This document shows positions 48,401 through 58,041 of a stretch of 64,000 nucleotides of DNA, piece by piece. Within the stretch, counting starts at the first letter, position 1. The number at the start of each line of letters is the position of its first letter. The notes under the pieces were generated by a model that did no database searches, was not told the DNA's origin, and saw nothing but the letters and a program-made list of their open reading frames with translations. The DNA comes from Octopus sinensis (lineage: Eukaryota), in NCBI RefSeq assembly GCF_006345805.1, contig NC_043001.1, positions 30,442,001 to 30,506,000 of the forward strand. The letters are read 5' to 3'. The position numbers and the translations under genes were made by a program.

Positions 48401-48914
48401 TATATAAATTAGTAAATAAATGGCACAACTAAGTACCGATATTTACTGGAAATAGCGAACGTAAAAATACGACGCTAATGTGTAGCTTCACCGGCTACTT
48501 TTTACTGGAAGGCAATACTTTGTATTGCATTACTGATATATATATATATATTTAGGGTACTTAGGTCTGCTCAGGACTTAGTGCTTGCTTTTTCCATGGG
48601 TATGAGTAAGTATTTCATTTATGTCTCACGTATTTATCGCTGAAGAAGGGAAAATTCTTATGAATTAACCCCGAAATTGGGACCAATACGGTAATAACGG
48701 ATTTTTTAGAAATTTCTATCGGTTTGTTTCGAGACGCATAAATTATAATGGTTATTGACAATTTTGTCTTTTTTTCGGCATATTTGGCATTAGAATTTTT
48801 CTTTTACCCTTATTTTGTAAATTATTTATAAATTTAACCTTTAAAGGTATTTTTTGATATGCTGGCCATTGATAAAATTTTTTTCTCGAAAAAATTTTAT
48901 CCTACATTAGTTGT

Positions 48915-48947
<33 letters not shown>

Positions 48948-51900
48948 GTAATGAAAATTTAACTGCCTTCCTTGAAATACCTATCAAGTTATTCTTTGTA
49001 ATTATGGTTCTAGTATATTTATTGTGAATATCTGAGATCCTTTGCTCATTTTATACATGTTTTTCTTTCCATTGCAACATAGGTTAAATAAAAACATATT
49101 ATCAAGGCATTGTTTTTACCTGGATGGCCTTTCTGTCACTATTTCTTTACTGTTTTTTAGTAAGAGATTTTTTTTTGTTCAGAACCACTGGACAATTTGT
49201 TGACCTGGAAATATCAACAGATGACAGCAACCCTAGTTCAGCTCAGTGCAGAGTGTAAACATTCACACTGACTCAGACATGCACATACCCTCATATCTGA
49301 CCTGGCTCTTTGGTGCCTTTAATGGAGTCCATTCTGTAGCTAGCATTCATGCTATGTTTCTATGTTTCTAGTTTAGAGATAACTCTTCTGCCAGTCTTAG
49401 AGGCTCTGAAAAAAAGGACATTGGTACTTCTTGATTAAGGAAAGGTGCATGGCCTAGTTGTTTACATATTGTACTTACAATTTCAAGATCATGGTTTCAA
49501 TGCACTGGGTAGTGCATCGTGTTCTTGAACAGGTCACTTCATTTCACATTACTCCAGTCCACTCAGCTGTAAAGGATAACCATTTGATGGATTGGTATCC
49601 TGTTCTGGGGAAATTTTGTGAGTCCTCAGACTCACAAGGGCCAGATTAAGTAATAAAAAGAAAGAAAGACACAGTAAATTAAATCTGTAGATAACAAAAT
49701 CAGTTCTGTTACTGCACCTTTTAAACTTAACTATCTCTTTTGTTAATATTTCACTTGCATAAAGCAGCGTGCTGGCAGAATTGTTAGCATGCCAAGCAAA
49801 ATGCTTAGCAGCGTTTCATCCATCTTCATGTTTTGAGTTCAAATCCCACTGAGGTTGACTTTACTTTGCATCCTTTTGGGGTCAATAAAATAAGCACCAT
49901 CTGAGCAATGGGGTCAAACTAATTAACTTACTCCCTCCCTCAGAGTTGCTTGTGTGATGCCAAAATTTGAAACCAGTATTTCACTTGTATTATTTTTTAC
50001 AGTGCTAAAATCAGAAACATTGAACATACAGAAGATGCCAAACAGAAGCTTGTTCAAGAAATGATGAAGAAGAAAGACAGTGAAGTCTCTGAATTTGTTC
50101 CTACAAATATGGCTGTGAATTTTGTACAACACAATCGCTGTAAATATCTGAAGTTATTTCTTTGTTTACCTTTTTCCTCCTACATTCTCATTTCAGCATG
50201 ACTAAAGTATGAGTGACTGCCTTAACCCTTTTGTTACTAACCCAGTCAAAACCGGCTCTGGCTCTGTGGTAAAATGTCTTGTTTTCATAAGTTTTTAATT
50301 AAAATATTCCACCAAACCTTAGTCACAATTTACGTTCCTAACACTAGCTTAATGATAACTAAGCTATTTGACTAAATTCTTTGTTATATTTAAAATAATT
50401 GAAAGAAACACAGAGCATCTCAAAATAAATACTGTAACGAAAGGGTTAATTAATTTGCTCTGTACTTGTTTTTGTTTAGAAACTAAATATTTTTCAAAAA
50501 TCTCCTCTATGTTGTGCTTTTTAAAACCTGTGTATATTCATGTTTCCTTGCTTAACAGTAAAAGAATGTTTATGTATGTCTTCATTGTTTTAATGTTCAC
50601 TTTTCCATGCTTGCATGGATCAAATGGAGTTCTATGAGGTAGATTTTTTCATGTCCAGATGTCCTTCTTGTCACCCACCATCACCTATTTCCAAGCAAGG
50701 TAATATTTCGCCATGGCCAGCCAGACACGTTTTCACAGAAAATTTGGAAATGAATGAATATCACAGCAGCATTCATTTACTACTGTCACACAATGTCAAG
50801 ACACAAACACACACTCACACATGCTCAATGGGCTTCTTCTTTCAGTTCCCATCTATCAAATACACTGGCATGGTTTTGGTTGGCCCTGAGCTGTAAGACA
50901 CTTGCCTTAGGTGCCATGCCCTGAGATTGAACCTGAAGCCATTTAGGTGGCAAGCAATCTTAATAATACTACTATATCTGCACCTGCATGATGTCATATG
51001 AATATTTTTTAAGCAGGCAAAAGACCCCAGATTCATAGGGAAAAGGAAAATGGAATGTGACAATTGGTCTTTTACCAAAATTATTAGCAGCAATGAATGA
51101 AGAATTATTAATTTCTGTTTATTTTATGCACAAACATTTGTTATTTTATGAAAATTGCTTAAAGTATTGGTAATATTATATAAACACTGAAATGTTTAAA
51201 ACCATATTTTGTCATTCTTTGCTTTTTTTCCTGTTTCTATTTATAGTTACAATTGAAGAAAGTGGACCGCGATTAAAAGACAAGCATTTACTTCTGAAAC
51301 CAAAGCTTCTCAGAGTGGGAGATGCTGAGAAAATTGGTGAAATGGATAAAAAATGTGAGTTGTAATTCATTTATTTTATACAATGGTATATGTGTAAGTT
51401 AGAGCTAAATAAAATTTTAATAAAGCTGGTTAGATGGGTGATAGCATTATGAAGCAAGTTAAATAATAAAATATATGAAAATGGCAAATATTGATATTTT
51501 GGTAGATAATTTTTGTGTGAGGTAACATTGATAAAATGGACATATACATTAGTAACTTTCTGTAATTATTTATATTTATATGTTTTGAACCAAATTCAAT
51601 GACTGGCACCCATGCCAGTGGAGCGCTAATAGCTCCATCCGAGCGGGATCACTGCCAGAGCAGCTGTCTGGCTTCCGTGCCGGTGGCATGTAAAAAGCAC
51701 CATTTGAGTGTGAACGTTACCAGCATCGCCTTACTGGCACTTGTGCCAGTGGCACATGAACAAAACATTTGAGCGAGGTCGTTGCCAGTGCCGCTGGACT
51801 GACTCCTGTGCAGGTGGCATGTAAAAAACACCATTTGAGTGTGGCTGTTGCCAGTACCGCCAGTCTGGCCCTCATGCCAGTGGCATGTAAAAGCACTCAC

Positions 51901-54061
51901 TGCACTCTCGGAGTGGTTGGTGTTAGGAAAGGCATCCAGCTGTAGAAACTCTGCCGGATCAGATTGGAGCCTGGTGCAGCCATCTGGTTCGCCAGTCCTC
52001 AGTTAAATCGTCCAACCCATGCTAGCATGGAAAGCGGATGTTAAATGATGACGATGATGATGATGATGATGGTTCATGGAACAATTTAAGCTCAGCTCTG
52101 TGAACTAATGAAACCCTCATTTACAGAGGTTATGTTGCCTCCCAACAATGGATTGTATCTCACTGTGGTGTCTATTTTACAGTTAAATCAACTGAACCAT
52201 TGAGAATGTTGTTTTTTGGGTGTTTTTTTTTATCAAATTTTTGCAAGTAACACACTGCAGGACCAATTACCGTATATGAACAAATGATTTTTCTGACTGT
52301 TGGTTAGAAAGCATTTGTGACAACTGAGAAAATGAAAAGAAAAAAAAATAGGTTGGGGAAGACAGAGAAAGAAGATATAGATGATATTAACAGTTGGCTT
52401 CAGAAAAACCAGCTTAGCAACATGCAAAGTTGTGTGTAGAACAAGATGGCATGAAAGCACATGATTATCAATGCCAATAAGCATGGCACATGAAGAGAGA
52501 ATCTTGTGTACTTTCAACCAAAAATGAACTGATCCTATTTTTCATATGAATAAAATATATTTTCTGTTTATGTGGTGGAGAAAGGGTGGGAGAGTGAGAA
52601 TCTGTATAAACATTGAACAAAAGAAAGAAAAAAAAAAAGTTGAAGGTATTCACCTGGTTCTTCATGTCTGTTATTTTCTTCTATCACTTAGAAAAGTGAA
52701 AAGTTATATTTTCAAACTTAGTGTGAAGCGTTGCAATTTAAAGAGATAAATTGAATATGGTTAGCTTTTCTCGAAGCAGTGTATCTATCACACAACTCTC
52801 CAGTAAATTTAATACAAACGCCTACAAAGGATTTGTGTGTGGTTGCTTAACCTGCTAAGTATAACAGCTAAATCTTAAAAGAAGATACACAAGAATATAG
52901 TTTTTGACATGATCTTTGCCAGCTTCGCTTTACTGGCACTTGTGCCCCGTGCTAGTAGGGTGCTAAGAGCACCATCTGAGCGTGATCCTTGCCAGAGCGG
53001 CCAACTGGCTTCCGTGCTGGTGGCATGTAGGAGGCACCATTCGAGCGGGATCGTTACCAGCATCGCCTTACTGGCACCCGTGCCATTGGCATGTGTAAAA
53101 AATTCGAGCGAGGTCGTTGCTAGTACCGCCTGACTAGCTCCCGTGCCGGTGACACGTAAAAGCACCACTACACTCTTGGAGTGGTTGGTGTTAGGAAGGG
53201 CATCCAGCTGTAGAAACTCTGCCAGATCAAGACTGGAGCCTGGTGCAGCCATCTGGTTCGCCAGCCCATGCTAGCATAGAAAGCAGACGTTAAATGATGA
53301 TGATGATGATATGTCTGACAAAAAAGATAGAATGATTATGGCTGGAATACCTTTGATTATAGGCCTGTTTGATTAGAGATGGCTTAGGACTCTGATTAAA
53401 CATACATCAATATAATTTTTATGTTTACTTTTCCATGCTTGCATGGGTTAGAGAGAGTTTATTGAAGCAGATTTTCTACATCTGGATGCCCACCCTGTCA
53501 CCAACACTCATTTGTTTCCATGCAAGATAATATTTGCCCATGATCAGACATGATTATGCAGAATATTGGAAATGACTGACACTGCTTGTATGACAATGAC
53601 ACAACTATCAAACAATGTCAGCACCATCTGAACGTGGCTGATGCCAGCGCCACTTTGACTGGCTTCCGTGCCAGTGGCACGTAAGAAGCACCAACCAATT
53701 GTGGCCACTGCCGGCTTCCCCTGGCACCTGTGCTGATGGCACGTAAAAAAGCACTCACTACACTCATGGAGTGGTTGGCGCTAGGAAGGTCATCCAGCTG
53801 TAGAAACACTACCAGATCAGCCTGGAGCTTGGTGCAGCCTCCTGGCTTCCCAGACCCCGGTCGAACCGTCTAACCCATGCTAGCACAGAAAACGGACATT
53901 AAACGATGATGATTGTCTGAAATCTTATTGAAGCTAATTTTATTGTAAACATTTCACTTGTATTCTATTTTACAGCTAGAAGAGTTGCAGTCGAACCTGA
54001 GGAAAAGGCAACTGATGACTTCCATTATGAAAGATTTAAGAAACAAATGAGACGTTATTAG
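39359..54061 (+). CDS. C9orf78: Telomere length and silencing protein 1 homolog / splicing factor C9orf78, complete, 9 exons, 295 aa
   Basis: join(39359-39462,42615-42726,44328-44389,44885-44965,47025-47090,48222-48353,50003-50139,51247-51354,53976-54061) = 888 nt, phases consistent. Motifs DPFKMKTGGIVDMK, AFAAETNIRDEDAEM, EDMLSNQMLSGIPEIDLGID, FVPTNMAVNFVQHNRF, KATDDFHYERFKK. Confidence 0.96.
39579..39991. mobile_element. MITE with internal (TTAGGG)n, copy 2, inverted relative to copy 1
   Basis: Reverse complement of 38519-38931, roughly 90% or more identical by eye. Confidence 0.88.
40199..40383. mobile_element. MITE with degenerate (CCCTAA)n and 8-bp TSD (Merlin-like termini)
   Basis: TIR ggcg....ttcggtataagtaccgga; TSD aaaaatac at 40191-40198 and 40384-40391. 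Confidence 0.85.
40725..40940 (-). mobile_element. SINE family C
   Basis: Similarity to 9679-9910. Confidence 0.75.
41900..42275 (+). mobile_element. mariner transposase N-terminal remnant
   Basis: MDTPKFH..VYGDDAV..RWFAKFKAGEFSLED..SGR..WVPHK; stops and frameshifts. Confidence 0.85.
42615..42726 (+). CDS. C9orf78: C9orf78 exon 2
   Basis: ttgtag|A (alternative in-frame AGs at 42617 and 42620); SSMTDIKLLQKLREKPRGVNAASLAFGKSTKKDEIEA; |gtaagt. Confidence 0.9.
42779..43183 (-). mobile_element. SINE family A, full length
   Basis: Reverse complement of 574-956. Confidence 0.85.
43737..44130 (-). mobile_element. RTE-type 3' module with internal ~60-bp tandem units
   Basis: (CAT)n + cgtttaacgtccg...ggatacccttcctaacgcc + repeated tttttacgtgccacc units. 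Confidence 0.8.
44328..44389 (+). CDS. C9orf78: C9orf78 exon 3
   Basis: ttccag|; SDPFKMKTGGIVDMKALKNS; GT|gtaagc. Confidence 0.93.
44885..44965 (+). CDS. C9orf78: C9orf78 exon 4
   Basis: cctcag|A; SLQGGDIESIGTAFAAETNIRDEDAE; AT|gtaagc. Confidence 0.93.
45135..45342 (-). mobile_element. SINE family C
   Basis: Similarity to 9679-9910. Confidence 0.75.
45489..45817 (-). mobile_element. tRNA-headed SINE, gggggtctc-tail variant
   Basis: Similarity to 29688-30027. Confidence 0.7.
45850..46325 (+). mobile_element. RTE-type 3' module with internal tandem units
   Basis: Repeated gtggcacgtaaaaagcacca units, ends in (GAT)n. Confidence 0.8.
47025..47090 (+). CDS. C9orf78: C9orf78 exon 5
   Basis: taatag|G; LKYVEEELAKKKGHVTEKSQE; AA|gtaagt. 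Confidence 0.93.
48222..48353 (+). CDS. C9orf78: C9orf78 exon 6
   Basis: gaacag|A; QAHAEDALYQLPENLKV...SNQMLSGIPEIDLGI; GA|gtatgt. Confidence 0.95.
48629..48699 (+). ncRNA. Type I hammerhead ribozyme candidate (full length)
   Basis: CUGAAGA core at 48640-46, GAAA at 48673-76, AUA cleavage triplet ending 48688; stem I UUAUCG/CGGUAA, stem II GGG..AAUUC-UUAU-GAAUU..CCC, stem III AUUG-GGAC-CAAU. Folded by hand. Confidence 0.8.
50003..50139 (+). CDS. C9orf78: C9orf78 exon 7
   Basis: ttacag|T; AKIRNIEHTEDAKQKL...FVPTNMAVNFVQHNR; T|gtaaat. Confidence 0.95.
50226..50445. mobile_element. piggyBac-like MITE family B (opposite orientation)
   Basis: TTAA flanks, reverse complement of 28586-28800; related diverged element at 46698-46900. 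Confidence 0.85.
51247..51354 (+). CDS. C9orf78: C9orf78 exon 8
   Basis: ttatag|TT; FTIEESGPRLKDKHLLLKPKLLRVGDAEKIGEMDKK; T|gtgagt. Confidence 0.92.
51590..52070 (+). mobile_element. RTE-type 3' module with internal tandem units
   Basis: Same family as 45850-46325. Confidence 0.8.
52915..53310 (+). mobile_element. RTE-type 3' module
   Basis: Same family, (GAT)n tail at 53295-53310. Confidence 0.8.
53620..53912 (+). mobile_element. RTE-type 3' module
   Basis: Same family, ends about 60 bp before the C9orf78 exon 9 acceptor. Confidence 0.8.
53976..54061 (+). CDS. C9orf78: C9orf78 exon 9 (terminal)
   Basis: ttacag|CT; RRVAVEPEEKATDDFHYERFKKQMRRY*. Confidence 0.95.
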
Positions 54062-54559
54062 GCAAACAAAAATTTGAAAACTTTTCTTTCTGTATGTCTT
54101 ATCCCATTAAAGTTTGATGGCCTAACATCATTCATAACTCATGTGACTGAGATGTACATCTACATTCATTGTAAATTTTTGATAATTTCTGTAGATACTT
54201 TATATAAATATCTAAATTTACAACTTATTAAATATGTTAATTTACTCATGAAATATGTCTTATATAATTGATGTCCTTTCTTACACAGTTCCATTACAGT
54301 AAATTTCTAAACAGAGTATTTTATTGTTTAACTTAAAACTTTGTTTTACTTCCGCTTAAAAGAGCTAATATTAACTAGCATAACTTTTTTTTCTCTGTCA
54401 AGGATTTAAGAGATATAGATTTCTACACATACCAGGTCATTAAGAATGAAATATCTGAATTTGAATCGAAAGTTTATTTTATTTATCTCGACAAAAAGTA
54501 ATGCAGTTAATCAAAGTATGCACCTAAATTATCAATACAATTTTGCCATTTTATCGGTG

Positions 54560-55450
54560 GCTTATTTATGCCAGCAATGAAGAATTCTGGAGAGCAAGAG
54601 GTGATGAAATCACGAAAGGCTGTTTTAGCATCTTCAGATTTGAAGTTTTTTTTGAAAAAAGTTGTCTTATGCCTGGAAAATGTGATAGTCAGTTGGTATA
54701 AGGTCTGGTAAATATGGTGGCTGACAGAGTACCTCCAAATTTAGTTCCTGTAACTTGAGTAGCATTCTTTGTGCAACATGTGGTCGAGCATTGGCCTGTC
54801 TCTATTGACCAGCATCAGTTGTTTACTTGTAAGTTCACTCATCATTTCATGCAATTGGTTGATGTATGCATCTGCTGTAATTGACTTACCAGGTCTCATG
54901 AAGCTGTAGTGGATGACACCAGCACTGGACCACCAGTCAGACACCATTAGAGTTTTTTGGTGAATATTCTTTTTTGGATTGCGTTTTGACACTTTGTCTC
55001 TATCCAACCACCATGCAGAATCCTTGCTATTATTGAAAAGAATCCATGTTTCATCAGATATAACAATATGATGCAAAAATGGTCTGCTTTTATGCTATGA
55101 AAGTGAAGAACAGCAAGTTTCAAGATGATGTGTCATTTGATGCTTGTTCAGTTTATGTGGTATCCTCTTGTCCAGCTTCTTTACCTTGCCGATTTGTTTC
55201 AAATGGTCCAATACAGTTGGAATCAAAACATCAAATCTTGCTGCTAACTCACGCATAGTTTGAGATGTATCTGCTACAGATTCCAGCTCATCATTATCCA
55301 TCTTGGTCTCAGGGCTACCACAGGACTGATTTTTAAGAGTAGAGTCACCAGACCGGAACTTCTCAAATGTACAGTGTGCTCATTTGCCATATGTTTTGAG
55401 CTGTCTGAGATGCATTGGCTCCATGACGGAACTCATATTCATAAACAACA
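54560..55450 (-). mobile_element. mariner transposase remnant
   Basis: FEKFRSGD, RELAARF..IPHKL, IVISDETWILF, WWSSAGVIHY; frameshifted. Confidence 0.85.
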
Positions 55451-55466
55451 CGAATTTTTTATCTAT

Positions 55467-55650
55467 CCATCATCATCATCGTTTAGCGTCCGTTTTCCAT
55501 GCTAGCATGGGTTGGACGGTTCAACTGGGGTCTGTGAAGCCTGAAGGCTTCATCAGGCCTAGTCAGATCTGGCAGTGTTTCTACGGCTGGATGCCCTTCC
55601 TAACGCCAACCACTCCGTGAGTGTAGTGGGTGCTTTTTACGTGCCACCCG
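55467..55650 (-). mobile_element. RTE-type 3' module
   Basis: (CAT)n + cgtttagcgtccg...ggatgcccttcctaacgcc. Confidence 0.8.
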
Positions 55651-56234
55651 GATTCACAAAAATTGATTTACAAGAGAAAACTCACAATATAATCAGACAC
55701 CATGAATTGCATTTCAAAAAGTGACGATGTAACTCTTCAATGTTGTAAAATAAAGAATTGTCATTAGAGTTAACAACTGTCAAACTTGGTGCTTAAGAAA
55801 ATTGGACATTTCATTCTTAACGACCTGATACAAAGCTAAATGTAACGAAGAGGTTTTGAATTGAGGAACAATTCAACATAGCACAATTAATTGAGAAGAA
55901 TTAGCTTAAATGTGATGCAGTTCAGGTTTGTACCAGTACAGCAAACTACCGATACCTTTTTTCTGTGAGAGACAACTACAATTTGGTGGCCACTACGAAA
56001 ACAGGATGCAAAAAAATGGCTTATGAGAGTTGTGAAAACCCTGTACAGGGTTGCTGTCAACAGAAGGAGAGTAGGCAACAAGTTCAGTAATGAAATTAGC
56101 ATAAAGGCAGACGTCCATCAATGCTTGGCTTGCAGTCTGCTTGTTTATTATAATCCACCGGACTACAAATGAGAAGTTCAAGACAGGCATTGGAATTGCT
56201 GTATGCTAACAACTTAGTTTTTAATAGCAGAAGC

Positions 56235-56621
56235 GTGGAGGCGCAATGGCCCAGTGGTTAGGGCAGCGGACTCGCGGTCATAGGATCGTGGTTTCGATTC
56301 CCAGACCGGGCGTTGCGAGTGTTTATTGAGCGAAAACACCTAAAGCTCCACGAGGCTCTGGCAGGGGATGGTGGTGATCCCTGCTGTACTCTTTCACCAC
56401 AACTTTCTCTCACTCTTACTTCCTGTTTCTGTTGTACCTGTATTTCAAAGGGCCGGCCTTGTCACTCTCTGTGTCACGCTGAATATCTCCGAGAACTACG
56501 TTAAGGGTACACGTGTCTGTGGAGTGCTCAGCCACTTACACGTTAATTTCACGAGCAAGCTGTTCCGTTGATTTGGATCAACAGGAACCCTCGTCGTCGT
56601 AACCGACGGAGTGCTTCCAAC
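56235..56621 (+). mobile_element. tRNA-headed SINE family D, full length with 12-bp TSD
   Basis: A box tggcccagtgg, B box ggtttcgattccc; TSD aatagcagaagc at 56223-56234 and 56622-56633. Confidence 0.9.
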
Positions 56622-57727
56622 AATAGCAGAAGCAGTTGAAGAATTAGAGGAAAAATTCTGAATGTGGAGGCTGTGCCTAGAATCAAGAGACTTAAAAGTA
56701 AACATGTTCAGGATAAAAGCTTTAGTTAGTAGGTGAGAAAACAGAACTCTACAACTGTCTGGAAAGAAGCCTAGCATAATATGCAGAAAAGGAGTAGGTA
56801 GGAACTCTATATCAAACATCCAATGTCAAAAACAGACGTTAAATGATGAGGATGATGATGATGAACTATGGGCACAAAAGATGCAGTGAGGTCACAGACA
56901 GGCTGAAAGAGGAAGATTTCATATATAGTAGCTGCACAGGAGTCAGCAGTAAAAGCACATTAAAAATGCATGCTTTCAAATGCCCAGAAAGGTCAGCATT
57001 AGTAGTTGACACCTTCTGATAACAAGAAACCAAATCAACAACATATTTAAAAAAATTTTAAAAACAAAAAGTACATTTAAGTCTCCCAATTAACATGGTG
57101 TAAAAATTTCTGTTTATTAGATGAATAGGATCAAACTTTATAAAATATAGTTTCAAGGAGCCTTTTAAAATGCAGTATGTCAAAAGTCATACAAAAATTT
57201 ATCTCCCAGTATTAATGTGTACTATTGATTTCAATCACAATTGGATTTTCTTAACAGAAAAAGTATTGGGTGAGACATTTATAGACTTTAAGTTATTCTT
57301 AAGAAAGTAATGTGACATGAGTAAAAAACAAAAAAAAACAAAAAAATGACTAATTTGTGTGAAACTGGTGTCATTAAAGAAATAGATGAAATGGTAGTTA
57401 AGTCTGTTAAGAGTAGACTGGTCTTTAGAAAAAAATAAACATGTAAGAAAATGATGTCCCATACAAAAGCAAAGCTTGCAACTGAATAAACACCTATTTT
57501 TATTTGTTTCCTTGTTTTAGTAACTTATTTACTAATGACCTTTCAAATGTATTAAGCTTTAAAGCTCAACAGATTAAAATTAAATTTAAGGAAGCTTGAA
57601 TTTTCTTGCATTATTCTTGTCAAAACATTTTGCAGCCATAATGGGGGTGGGGAAGAGATAATAAAATGAACTCAGTAGCAATAATATAAAAAGTTAAATT
57701 AATTTATAATTGCTAGGAGATACAATA

Positions 57728-58041
57728 CTACGATCGCCAGAAATAGGGATCTTGCTCCATCTTTCGAAGAAAGTTATTGTACCACTTTTCAAGAGTACTA
57801 AATGGAATATATGATTCGGATGGATTCATAGGAGTTTTAGAAGCAAATGACGAAGCAAAATTGAACAGATTTTCAACCATTTTCTTTGAGAAATCCATAA
57901 ATGGTTCAAGGTTTGACACTGCTGCAGATGTTGCAGGTGTCTGCTGAGATAAGTCTTGAAGTGGTTCAACAGATATTCCAATTTGTGATACATTTACTGG
58001 TTGACTCGCCATAACTCCAAATGGATTTAGAGATGCTTCCG
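57728..58041 (-). CDS. HIKESHI: HIKESHI terminal coding exon
   Basis: minus strand tatttcag|CG; contains track ORF 57728..58012. Confidence 0.95.

Noticed and set aside
56235-56312. tRNA-like sequence with A and B boxes (also 25001, 574, 41165)
   Set aside because: No convincing acceptor stem; continues into a SINE body with TSD, so SINE heads rather than tRNA genes.
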